From assembly GCA_045531965.1 (NCBI GenBank), contig JAZSFA010000113.1, positions 29,962-93,961 on the forward strand: a stretch of DNA of 64,000 nucleotides, read 5' to 3'. Positions 44,438-53,069 of the stretch are shown in pieces. Under the pieces are notes generated by a model. The model was not told where the DNA came from and ran no database searches. It saw only the letters and a program-made list of their open reading frames with translations. A program made the position numbers and the translations under genes. The stretch comes from Eubacteriales bacterium. GTDB lineage: Bacteria; Bacillota; Clostridia; Oscillospirales; CAG-272. Numbering within the stretch: position 1 is the stretch's first letter; each line of letters begins with the position of its first letter.

Positions 44438-44464
44438 GACACTTCCCTATCCTTGAACCACTGA

Positions 44465-45052
44465 TCACTGGAACAGATCTCTCAGAAGCATGATACCTCT
44501 GGAGAAAGCAAAGTCCATCAGACCAATAGCTACTGCCAGGATGAGAATGATCACAAGAACGACGATGGAGTTTTTCTTCAGCTTGTCCTTAGGACACCAG
44601 ACGATCTTGCCGCATTCGCTCTTCAAGGCTTTGACATAGCCGGGGATCTTCTTACGGAAGACGATCAGCAGAGCAACAGCCGCAAGAATGATCACAGCGC
44701 CTACGCCCAGGTTGATCACCAAACGCTTCACATCCTCGGAGGACATACCTTCGTCCTTCTTATCAGAGGAAGTCGTACCGGCGGTCGTGCCCGCAGTGGT
44801 ACCGGCGGTCGTGCCTGCCGTAGTACCGGCAGTCGTGCCTGCAGTAGTACCGGCAGTCGTTTCATCGGATGTACCGTCAGCCTCAGTTACGGCTTCGGTA
44901 ACAGCCTCAGTCACAGCTTCGGTATCAACAGTACCCTCGGCTTCGGTTGCATCTTCTGCAAAGCCGGGAAGTACAGCAAAGGACAGGAGCATCAGCACAG
45001 ACAGAACAGCCGCAAGGAGGGCAAGTCTTCTGCTCGTGTTTTTAGCAGTCAT
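44465..45052 (-). CDS. secE: preprotein translocase subunit SecE with a long N-terminal extension
   Basis: The C-terminal ~60 aa (VKALKSECGKIVWCPKDKLKKNSIVVLVIILILAVAIGLMDF) is a normal SecE. It is preceded by two extra TM segments and an acidic T/A/E-rich repeat linker. I prefer ATG 45052 (GGGAGG upstream) over TTG 45067. Confidence 0.75.
   Translation of the reverse strand: MTAKNTSRRLALLAAVLSVLMLLSFAVLPGFAEDATEAEGTVDTEAVTEAVTEAVTEADGTSDETTAGTTAGTTAGTTAGTTAGTTAGTTAGTTSSDKKDEGMSSEDVKRLVINLGVGAVIILAAVALLIVFRKKIPGYVKALKSECGKIVWCPKDKLKKNSIVVLVIILILAVAIGLMDFAFSRGIMLLRDLFQ
44771..44854 (-). repeat. 7 tandem 12-nt units encoding (AGTT)x7 inside secE
   Basis: Plus-strand units: agtcgtaccggc, ggtcgtgcccgc, agtggtaccggc, ggtcgtgcctgc, cgtagtaccggc, agtcgtgcctgc, agtagtaccggc. 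An adjacent TEAV x3 repeat lies at about 44880-44925. Confidence 0.85.
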
Positions 45053-45067
45053 GTCATTTCCTCCCAA

Positions 45068-45229
45068 TTACTTAGACTCTCTGTGCAGAGTGTGCTTGCG
45101 GCAGAATTTGCAGTGCTTCTTCAGCTCAAGTCGATCAGGGTCATTCTTCTTGTTCTTCATTGTGTCATAGTTTCTCTGCTTGCACTCGGTGCAGACCAGA
45201 GTTACTCTGACTCTTACATCATTAGCCAT
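45068..45229 (-). CDS. rpmG: 50S ribosomal protein L33
   Basis: Start moved to [21 protein letters not shown] (GGAGG upstream). CxxC...CxxC zinc-ribbon L33. Confidence 0.9.
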   Translation of the reverse strand: MANDVRVRVTLVCTECKQRNYDTMKNKKNDPDRLELKKHCKFCRKHTLHRESK

Positions 45230-45383
45230 GTTTTCGGCACCTCCCATATTAAATTTTGCAATATCACCCGACATGAGTGATCTTGCCGTGTGTACCTCCC
45301 TCCGGAAGCGGTATTGCCGACTTCAAATTCGTGGCGCAAATTTGAAAGCGCGACAAAAAAGCCCAATTCGCAGAGGTAACGAC

Positions 45384-45412
45384 ATTATATCATAGATCAA
45401 GTCGTATGTCAA
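45384..45412 (-). promoter_or_regulatory. promoter of rpmG-secE-nusG
   Basis: Minus sense: TTGACA, 17 nt, TATAAT, giving a 5' UTR of about 150 nt. Confidence 0.55.
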
Positions 45413-45519
45413 TGGTATTTTTATGGATTTTCCAAAGTTTTTTTGCGTTTTTATCATACATTTATCATAAAAACACGGCTCTCAACTACATCTTTACAAG
45501 TTGAGACATTTTTGGGGGC

Positions 45520-45557
45520 AAAAAAACAGGCAGTCCTTTAACAGGGCTGCCCATTTT
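45520..45557 (-). terminator. terminator after the XRE/S24 repressor gene
   Basis: Minus sense: GGCAGCCC-tgttaaa-GGACTGCC followed by TGTTTTTTT. Confidence 0.65.
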
Positions 45558-45593
45558 TGCGCTTATGTTTTCCGTTATATAAATTAGGTAGTC

Positions 45594-46610
45594 TTATTTT
45601 CTTTTGAGCTTGCCGACAACACGACCACAGCAAACAACTTGGTTGAAATCCTTCAGCATGATCGGTGCATAGGCATCGTTGAGAGAGATCAGGCAATCGC
45701 CACCATATTTTTTGAAATAACCCGAACCATCCAGCACGAAAATCCCCAGCTCGCCCTCTTCAACGTATTCGCAGTTCTCTACCAGCAGCACATCACCGGA
45801 ATGATATTTAGGCTCCATACTATCGCCCGCAATACGCAGGGCAAAATCCGCCTCTTGGGTCTTCGGAGTATCCGGAATCATGATCTCCGATCTTGTGCTC
45901 TCGGACAAAAATTCACCCACACCGGCAGACACAGGCAAATCGTAAAGCGAGATGCGGCGGCGCTCCAAACCCGTGGACAACCCTCCTCGCACAATACTGC
46001 GTTCGACCACAGGCGCAGATCCGCCGGTGGCAGGTACCCCGGACTCAGCAGACGAAAGGTTGGTCGCTGCTCCCGGCGTTGTTAAGAAGTGGTATCGATA
46101 AGCTTCGCTTTGCTTGCTGACAGACTCCACCACACGATCGGAAGCCAAAGTTTCCTGCTCCGCCCGGCGGGTGCCAACACGGCGAGAAGCACGCTTTTGT
46201 TCCGCCATATTTCGAAGCAGGAGTGCTTCCTCAGCCGACTGTCGGGCTGTCCTGTCACGTTCCTTCTCCATTACCACAGCAATCAAAGAACGACCGTAAT
46301 CATCCAGCATACGATAGGTTTCTACCCATTGAATTTCCTCGGCAGCGAGAGTATAATTATGGGTGTTTTCAGGTTCCCCTGTAATAATATAATCCAAAGA
46401 GCAATCCAATGCGCGGCAAATCGCCACTATGTTCACAAGCTTGGGAGAATCGCTGATCCCCGCCAAAAGCTTTGACAACGTTCCCAATGGGATCCCCGTC
46501 ATATCCGACAGCTTTTCATTGGTAATTTTTCGTTCGCTTTTAATTTTCTTAATTCGATCCAGATAGGTTTCCTGCACCACAAGCACCTCCGCACGGCGCA
46601 AAACGCGCAT
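45594..46610 (-). CDS. XRE-family HTH repressor fused to an S24 (LexA/CI-like) peptidase domain
   Basis: N-terminal HTH (ITNEKLSDMTGIPLGTLSKLLAG) and C-terminal S24 motifs (IAGDSMEP...GDVLLV...GELGIF...KK). An alternative GTG start at 46580 has a better RBS (GGAGG). Confidence 0.8.
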   Translation of the reverse strand: MRVLRRAEVLVVQETYLDRIKKIKSERKITNEKLSDMTGIPLGTLSKLLAGISDSPKLVNIVAICRALDCSLDYIITGEPENTHNYTLAAEEIQWVETYRMLDDYGRSLIAVVMEKERDRTARQSAEEALLLRNMAEQKRASRRVGTRRAEQETLASDRVVESVSKQSEAYRYHFLTTPGAATNLSSAESGVPATGGSAPVVERSIVRGGLSTGLERRRISLYDLPVSAGVGEFLSESTRSEIMIPDTPKTQEADFALRIAGDSMEPKYHSGDVLLVENCEYVEEGELGIFVLDGSGYFKKYGGDCLISLNDAYAPIMLKDFNQVVCCGRVVGKLKRK

Positions 46611-46699
46611 CGTTCTTTATTTGGAATTATTATAGCACACTTTTTTTGATTTGTAAATAGGTTTTTAAAATATTTTTCCGCTTTCGAGCAATTTTCGTT

Positions 46700-46735
46700 A
46701 AAAAGAGTCGGAATCCCGCATAAGGATTCCGACTC
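46700..46735 (-). terminator. terminator after the large surface protein gene
   Basis: Minus sense: GAGTCGGAATCC-ttatgcg-GGATTCCGACTC followed by TTTTT. Confidence 0.8.
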
Positions 46736-46744
46736 AGCAGAAAA

Positions 46745-49700
46745 TCATCTCTTTTGTTTCTTTTTCAAGGCAAGCCATGCCAAAGGCAAGAACGCGGACC
46801 ATGCACCAATAACGATGGAAGCACAACCTTGACCATCCACGTTTTGGGTGTCGTGGTTTTCCGTCGTTGTCGCCTCGAGCGTACCCGTTTCATCGGTCAC
46901 CACAGGTTCTTCAGGTACATCGGTGGTCGGCTCTGTGGGATCATCGCTTTCGGGAAGAGTCGTCTCCTCCTCCACAGGAAGCAGTGCCAAAAGTTTTTCC
47001 GCAAAGTCATTGGCTTGAGACTGAGTCAATGTTGCGTCTTCAAGGGCGGCTTTGGCATCTGCATATGCTTTGATGCTCTCGTCGCCTATCTCCGTCATGT
47101 ACTTGGAGATGGCTTCTTCAATCACAGTTTTATCGCAGATGGGCTTTCCGTAGGCTTCGATCTCACTAAACTGCAAGAGGTAGCCGTCCACGCCGCCGCC
47201 ACGGAGCTTGGTGCCCATAAAGCGGAGGAATCGGCCGTTGACGCTGCCACCCTCGGGGGTCACTTCAAGGGGAGCGGAGGGGCTTGCGGCGCCTGTAACT
47301 TGGGAGAAATCTGTCCAATTTTTGCCGTCTGTAGAGACGGACAGGGTGTAATCCTCGGGGAACGCGCCCAGAGGCGTGATCTTAACTTTTTCCAAAGCAA
47401 AGATATCACCAAAGTCGATGATGACGTACTCGGTGCCGTCGGGGGTGGGGTTACGGCCCACGTTGGAGGTGTAGCCGTTGCCGTCACCGGCGATACCGTC
47501 GTTGATGTAGCTCTGGGACCAGCCCCATTGCTTATAGGGGGAATCGGGAGCGGCGGAGGACACGTAGGTGGTCTTGTTCAGGGCGATGTTGTCGCCGTCC
47601 TTGTAATCCACCACGATATTTTCACCGATGATCTGACCGATGGCCTGCATGTCGCCCAGAGTGCCGTCATCGTTGTAGACCTCGATCTCGCAAATGGCAC
47701 CGGCGCGGCGGCCTTTGGGAATGTCGATGCGGATATACCGGGCTTTCTTGGTATCAAAGGTGACAGAGATACCCGAGTCTCCCGTGATCTTGCAGTCCTT
47801 GACCTCTGCGGCGGTGGTGTAGCTCTTGCCGTCCTCGGAAACAGAAACCGTGAAATCCGTGGGGAAGGTCTTACCGTAATCAAAAACATCGCCACTGGGG
47901 TAGAAGTCCATGCGGTTGACATCACGGACAGCGCCCAGATCTATGGTGATCTGCCCCTCGGCTCTGTTGTTGGTAGCCCAGCCCATAAGTGAGCCATCGG
48001 AGAAACGAACACCGTCGGTGAGCAGGTCGATATAATAGCCGTTGGCACCCTGGGAGGTGGTAGCGGTAACCGAAGCCTCGGGAAGAACCGCCAGATTGGT
48101 GTTAGGCGCGGGAGTCTCGGTGTTCGGGGCCTTATAGTGATCAAAGCCCTCGGGGAGAGCGATGAGCATACCGTCGCCGGCTGCCAATTCCAGGGTCAGG
48201 TTCTGACCGTCCATGGTCAAGGCCTTGAGAGAGCCGTCCACACGGCTGACCTCGTGGAGGGATGTTATCGCCTTATCGAAAGTCAGCTTGACAGTCTGCT
48301 TTTGGGAGAAGTTGTTGTTGACCACCATCAGGTAGTTGCGTCCTGTCTCCTTGTGACGGAGGAAAGACACGGTGTAATTCTTTTGGTCGGTGGGCTGAAC
48401 GAAGAAGTCCTCAGGGATGGCGGGCTGACCCCAAGTCTCACCGTTGAGGTAGATCTCCAGGGCGTCGCACTTGACCAGCGTCTCGCCGATAGCCAAGATC
48501 TCATGGTTAATAGTCTTGATGGTCTCATAGTGGGCATTGGGCTTGCCGTCGGCAGAGATGATACCATCCGAGAAGGGCTCAGAGCGGTTCACGGGTGTAA
48601 ACCACGTAAAGAAGGAAAGCTGCTTGAATCCGAACGCCAAGGACAGATACATCTCATAACGGATCTCGGAGTCGGTGGGACGGCGGAATGCCACGTCCTG
48701 ACGCACAGTTTGAATGTAAAGACCGGTCTTGACACTGTTATCCAAACCCGCGTCATGGACGGTACGCATATTGGCCATGAAGGTATCTCTTGCCATGACT
48801 CCTGCCTGGAGCAGGAAGGGATAGTGGTCGAACATGATGTAGTCCAGAGGATAGCCCGAATTGGCACACAGCTTTGCCCAGTCGTTTATCTGATTATAGT
48901 ACTGTTTCTGAGAAGAGTAAGCGTGACCGGGCAGGAAATTCAGATGCATATAGGCATCGGGCGCCGCCTTTTTCAGCGCGATATAGGCGGGAACAAATTC
49001 ATTGGCGTTGAAGGGCTCGTCAAGGATATAGAAGCCGTAAGCGCCGGGGACGTTCTTGTATTTGTTCACGTATTCTGCGATCTGCGCCTCGGACTTACCT
49101 AAAAGATTGCGTCCGAAATTGCCGTCGGAGACGGTCATACCGATGCCGTATTTGGCACACAGCGCCAGCATCTTGGCTTGATTTTCAGGGGTGGCAAGGG
49201 TCTCCTCGCCTGCGCCCAGCACCCAGTTGACGCCCGCGTCGGCAATGAGCTTATACTGCTCGTCGGTGATGTACTCGGGTGTGGGGGGCCAGAAGATGGA
49301 GATGAGGATATTCTCGTCAAAGTCGAATTTCTTGTCTACAACCGACACAGCAACCTCGGAGGAAAGACCCAAAGAAGCGCAGGTCACGGTAATAGTGGCC
49401 TTACCCAGCTTCTTGGCGGTGATCTTGCCGCCCGCATCCACGGTGACCACGGAGGTGTCGCTGCTCTTGTAGGTCACGGCAGGGGTGTCGCTGCCCGTGC
49501 CGATAAAGGTGGGCGTGATGGTATCGGTATCACCCACCAGCAGCTCGTATGCCGAGCGATTCGTAGACATGGACGCATTGGCTTTTCCGTAAACCGCGAC
49601 TTCTCCAAGCTGCACCAAAGCGCCGTCGCCCGTGACAGTATGGCTTCGCTCAGTCACGTGGATCTGCACGTAGGCAGCAGTCATAGTGGCAAAGGAGTGA

Positions 49701-50179
49701 ACGGCGGGCTCGGTAGGCTTGCCCACGTCACAAGTGCCGTCGGCAACTTTGGTGTAGGTCTTACCGTCCGCAGATACGGAAACCGTATACTTGGCAGGGA
49801 AGCATCCGTTGGGGAACAGAGCAATACAGGAGATCTCGGAGGGAGAGGGAAGCTGAAGGGTGACGGTCACAGGTTCGTTGCGATCCATTTCCTTGTCGTA
49901 AGGATCGGTAGACCAACCGTTGCCCAGCTTGCCATCCACCAACATAGCCTTAGACCAGTTTTCGGTGGGCATCTCGTAGCTGTTTTGTCCACCCGCTCGA
50001 TTTTCTGTACATTTGGACAGGGTAACGGTAGAGCCTACAGCCACGTTGGCTGTGCCCTTGGGCGCGCAGGATTCAATGGTCGCGGAGGCAGACACAGGAA
50101 GCACAGTCAGCGTGCCCAGCAGCAGAATCAGCGCGAGAATCCCCGCAAGGGTTTCCTTCATGGTGGTTTTCTTTGTCAT
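46745..50179 (-). CDS. large secreted, membrane-anchored protein with discoidin (F5/8 type C) domains, a Big_2 domain and a central TIM-barrel-like glycosidase-type region
   Basis: 1144 aa. Signal peptide, three or more F5/8-C-like modules, Big_2 (VTYKSSDTSVVTVDAGGKITAKKLGKATITV), and a C-terminal TM helix plus KKKQKR stop-transfer. The three long antisense ORFs are shadows. Confidence 0.75.
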   Translation of the reverse strand: MTKKTTMKETLAGILALILLLGTLTVLPVSASATIESCAPKGTANVAVGSTVTLSKCTENRAGGQNSYEMPTENWSKAMLVDGKLGNGWSTDPYDKEMDRNEPVTVTLQLPSPSEISCIALFPNGCFPAKYTVSVSADGKTYTKVADGTCDVGKPTEPAVHSFATMTAAYVQIHVTERSHTVTGDGALVQLGEVAVYGKANASMSTNRSAYELLVGDTDTITPTFIGTGSDTPAVTYKSSDTSVVTVDAGGKITAKKLGKATITVTCASLGLSSEVAVSVVDKKFDFDENILISIFWPPTPEYITDEQYKLIADAGVNWVLGAGEETLATPENQAKMLALCAKYGIGMTVSDGNFGRNLLGKSEAQIAEYVNKYKNVPGAYGFYILDEPFNANEFVPAYIALKKAAPDAYMHLNFLPGHAYSSQKQYYNQINDWAKLCANSGYPLDYIMFDHYPFLLQAGVMARDTFMANMRTVHDAGLDNSVKTGLYIQTVRQDVAFRRPTDSEIRYEMYLSLAFGFKQLSFFTWFTPVNRSEPFSDGIISADGKPNAHYETIKTINHEILAIGETLVKCDALEIYLNGETWGQPAIPEDFFVQPTDQKNYTVSFLRHKETGRNYLMVVNNNFSQKQTVKLTFDKAITSLHEVSRVDGSLKALTMDGQNLTLELAAGDGMLIALPEGFDHYKAPNTETPAPNTNLAVLPEASVTATTSQGANGYYIDLLTDGVRFSDGSLMGWATNNRAEGQITIDLGAVRDVNRMDFYPSGDVFDYGKTFPTDFTVSVSEDGKSYTTAAEVKDCKITGDSGISVTFDTKKARYIRIDIPKGRRAGAICEIEVYNDDGTLGDMQAIGQIIGENIVVDYKDGDNIALNKTTYVSSAAPDSPYKQWGWSQSYINDGIAGDGNGYTSNVGRNPTPDGTEYVIIDFGDIFALEKVKITPLGAFPEDYTLSVSTDGKNWTDFSQVTGAASPSAPLEVTPEGGSVNGRFLRFMGTKLRGGGVDGYLLQFSEIEAYGKPICDKTVIEEAISKYMTEIGDESIKAYADAKAALEDATLTQSQANDFAEKLLALLPVEEETTLPESDDPTEPTTDVPEEPVVTDETGTLEATTTENHDTQNVDGQGCASIVIGAWSAFLPLAWLALKKKQKR

Positions 50180-50205
50180 AGGTTTTCCATCCTTTCATTA
50201 AAATC

Positions 50206-50913
50206 TTAATTGGGAATAACGAAACAGACCTTTTCCATGATAACGTCCTCTACGGGGTCAGACAATTCACCGACTCTGTTGTACTGCACCTCCACGTTTG
50301 CGATGGAATCCACTGTTTCAAGACCTGCCACAACATATCCGAACGCGGCATAGCTACCGTCAAGAAACGTAGAATCAGCGTCACAAATAAAGAACTGGGA
50401 GTAGGCGCTGTCGGGAATTGTGGTCCGTGCCATGGAAACGACACCGCGAAGATGTTTCAAATGATTGGGCACACCGTTTGCCAAAAATTCTCCCTTGATG
50501 GCAGGCGCAGAGGGATCGCTGATGCCGTCGCCGTCGGGGTCGCCGCCCTGGATCATAAAGCCCTTGTAAATGCGGTGGAAGGTAACGCCGTCGTAAAAGC
50601 CCTGACCCACCAGTTTTTGGAAGTTATCCACCGTAATGGGTGCCACTTCAGCACGAAGTCGCAGGATGATATCGCCATGATCTTTCACGGTGATCTTGAT
50701 ATATTCGGTGATCTCCGTCGTTTCGGTAAAGTCGGAAATCTCTTTGCTGTCGATCTCCGCTTTGACTTCCGCCATGGTCAAGACGTAAATGGTCTCCGCT
50801 TCGGTGGTCTCTTCCGCCTTTTGAGAGCCGGCCTGATCACAGGCGACGCAGACAAACGTCGAAACAGCCGCCATAAGCAGGGACAAAACACATTTGATTT
50901 TCATAAGTTCCAT
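50206..50913 (-). CDS. cyclophilin-type peptidyl-prolyl isomerase, lipoprotein
   Basis: Signal peptide with Cys (FVCVAC). FHRIYKGFMIQGGDP cyclophilin core. Confidence 0.85.
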   Translation of the reverse strand: MELMKIKCVLSLLMAAVSTFVCVACDQAGSQKAEETTEAETIYVLTMAEVKAEIDSKEISDFTETTEITEYIKITVKDHGDIILRLRAEVAPITVDNFQKLVGQGFYDGVTFHRIYKGFMIQGGDPDGDGISDPSAPAIKGEFLANGVPNHLKHLRGVVSMARTTIPDSAYSQFFICDADSTFLDGSYAAFGYVVAGLETVDSIANVEVQYNRVGELSDPVEDVIMEKVCFVIPN

Positions 50914-50983
50914 ATTCCTTTTTTATGAAAAAGGCTTCCCGAGGAGTCAGCCTATGGATGACGCTGGAAAGCCTTTCAAATAA

Positions 50984-51700
50984 TCAATGATTGTGGTTGT
51001 CTTTGACAAAGACGATCTTTTCGATGATCACGTCCTTGATGGGATCCGACTTTTCACCAGAGCTGTTCGCCTGCACCTCAACGGCGGCGATGGAGTCAAC
51101 GGTATCCATACCTGCCACGACGTAACCGAAAGAGGCATATTTACCATCCAAGTGATCGGAAGTCTCGTCGCAGATGAAGAACTGGCAGGACGCACTATCA
51201 GGCTCGTTGCCGCGAGCCATGGAGATGACGCCGCGGACGTGCTTCAGGTTGTTCTCAAAGCCGTTCTCGGTAAATTCGCCCTTGATTTTCTCACCGGAAT
51301 CTCCCGTGCCGTTACCCTTAGGGTCGCCGCCCTGGATCATAAAGTTCTTGTATACGCGGTGGAAGGTGAGACCGTTGTAGAATCCGTCTGCTACCAGCTT
51401 TTGGAAGTTCTTTACCGTTTCGGGCGCGATGTCGGGACGGAGACGAACCACGATATCGCCATGATCCTTCACCGTGATCTTTACGTATTTGGTTTTAGAG
51501 GAGGTCTCCGTAAAGTCGGTAACCTTATGACTGTTGATCTGTGCTTGGATCTCCGTCATATCCACCTCACCGCTGGGTATCAGCATAGCGGCAACAACAA
51601 CACCTGCCATGACAATAACCGCGGCAACGACAATGATGACGACCAGTACGGCATCACTCATTTTTTTCTTTTTGGGCTGTACATTCTTTTTTGCAGACAT
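50984..51700 (-). CDS. cyclophilin-type peptidyl-prolyl isomerase, N-terminal membrane anchor
   Basis: Start moved to MSAKKNVQPKKKKMSDAVLVVIIVVAAV. FHRVYKNFMIQGGDP core. Tandem paralog of 50206-50913. Confidence 0.85.
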   Translation of the reverse strand: MSAKKNVQPKKKKMSDAVLVVIIVVAAVIVMAGVVVAAMLIPSGEVDMTEIQAQINSHKVTDFTETSSKTKYVKITVKDHGDIVVRLRPDIAPETVKNFQKLVADGFYNGLTFHRVYKNFMIQGGDPKGNGTGDSGEKIKGEFTENGFENNLKHVRGVISMARGNEPDSASCQFFICDETSDHLDGKYASFGYVVAGMDTVDSIAAVEVQANSSGEKSDPIKDVIIEKIVFVKDNHNH

Positions 51701-51863
51701 ACGTCTTTTTCCTTTCTTTGACACACGGACAGTATCCGCTTTATGATATATATTCATTATTGTATCATTTTTTCTCGGGATTGTCAAGGAAAATCCGTCT
51801 AACAGGAAATATTTGTGCATCCCGATGCCATACTATGGTAGCAAAACCCCGAAAGGAGGCATT

Positions 51864-52979
51864 ATGTTATCCTCATCCTCTCACGATCATCGCCTATACC
51901 GTGCCGCCGCCATTCTATTTCTAATAATCAGCGGTGTGCTCGGCGTGTTTTTTTGCCTGCGCTATCTTTTCCCCATACTTCTGCCCTTTCTTATCGCATG
52001 GTTGCTTTCGCTGGCGGTGCGACCTTTGGTCAATAAGATTGCCGGGAAACGGCGGTTGTTCCGCGGTATCGTCACCGGAATTTTGGTGTTGCTCTTCGTG
52101 GGGCTGTTGGTCTTTGGTTTGATCAAAGCTTGCGAGCAGGGGGTAGAAGAACTTGGAAAGCTAATGGAGCGGCTTGCCTCGGAGGAGGCGGACGGTCACG
52201 GCTTGTTTTCGTCTCTTTCCGGTTGGATCACTTCCCTTTCAGAGCACCTGCCCTTCTTGGATCGGTTTTCAGATCATCCTGCTTTCGATCAGTTTTGCGC
52301 TGCGTTGGACGAGGCAGTCCGTACCGCCGCTGAATCTTCCCTCAAGCTGTTAGGAGAGAAGATCCCTGCCGCCATCCTGTCTTTTGTCAGCCGATTGCCG
52401 TCGGTGCTGATCTTTTCCACATCCCTGTTGCTCTCCTGCTACTATTTCAGCGCTGACACAGACAAACCCGGCGATCAACTGAGCCGACGGTTACCCGAAA
52501 ACTTCAGAACTTCCTTTTATATATGGCAAGCCAAAATCCAAAAGGCTTTGGGACAATATCTCCGCGCCTACCTTCTTCTGAGCGCGTTGACCCTCGGAGA
52601 AATGCTTCTGGGACTGACGTTGCTTAGAGTTCCTTACGCCTTTCTTTTAGCGATTGTCATTGCGCTGGTGGATTTTCTGCCTCTGCTGGGAGCGGGGACA
52701 GTTCTGATACCCTGGGCATTATTTTGCCTTGTGACAGGCAATGGCGGTCTCGCCACAGGGCTGCTTATCCTGTTTGGTATCCATACGTTGTTTCGCCAGA
52801 TCGCCGAGCCTCGCCTTGTCAGCCGGGAGCTGGGACTTCCCCCTGTTACGTCTCTTATCGCCGTCTATGCGGGATGGCAGCTATTGGGCGTGGGCGGCAT
52901 GTTGATCGCCCCCTTGATCGCCATGGTCATCAAGGAGCTTATGACAGCTCAAGAAACGGCACCCCATACTAAAACCTGA
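51864..52979 (+). CDS. AI-2E family transporter (YtvI-like sporulation membrane protein)
   Basis: Start at MLSSSSHDH (GAAAGGAGG upstream). About 8 TM segments. The C-terminal ...PLLGAGTVLIPWA... motif is typical of PerM/YtvI proteins. Confidence 0.75.
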   Translation: MLSSSSHDHRLYRAAAILFLIISGVLGVFFCLRYLFPILLPFLIAWLLSLAVRPLVNKIAGKRRLFRGIVTGILVLLFVGLLVFGLIKACEQGVEELGKLMERLASEEADGHGLFSSLSGWITSLSEHLPFLDRFSDHPAFDQFCAALDEAVRTAAESSLKLLGEKIPAAILSFVSRLPSVLIFSTSLLLSCYYFSADTDKPGDQLSRRLPENFRTSFYIWQAKIQKALGQYLRAYLLLSALTLGEMLLGLTLLRVPYAFLLAIVIALVDFLPLLGAGTVLIPWALFCLVTGNGGLATGLLILFGIHTLFRQIAEPRLVSRELGLPPVTSLIAVYAGWQLLGVGGMLIAPLIAMVIKELMTAQETAPHTKT

Positions 52980-53069
52980 CAGATCCGTACCTTCTCTGTA
53001 AAAAGCAGTTGACAAGCCTCTCTTTTCGTGATACAATGAACACAGTTCGAATATTTCGGAGGAATTGCT

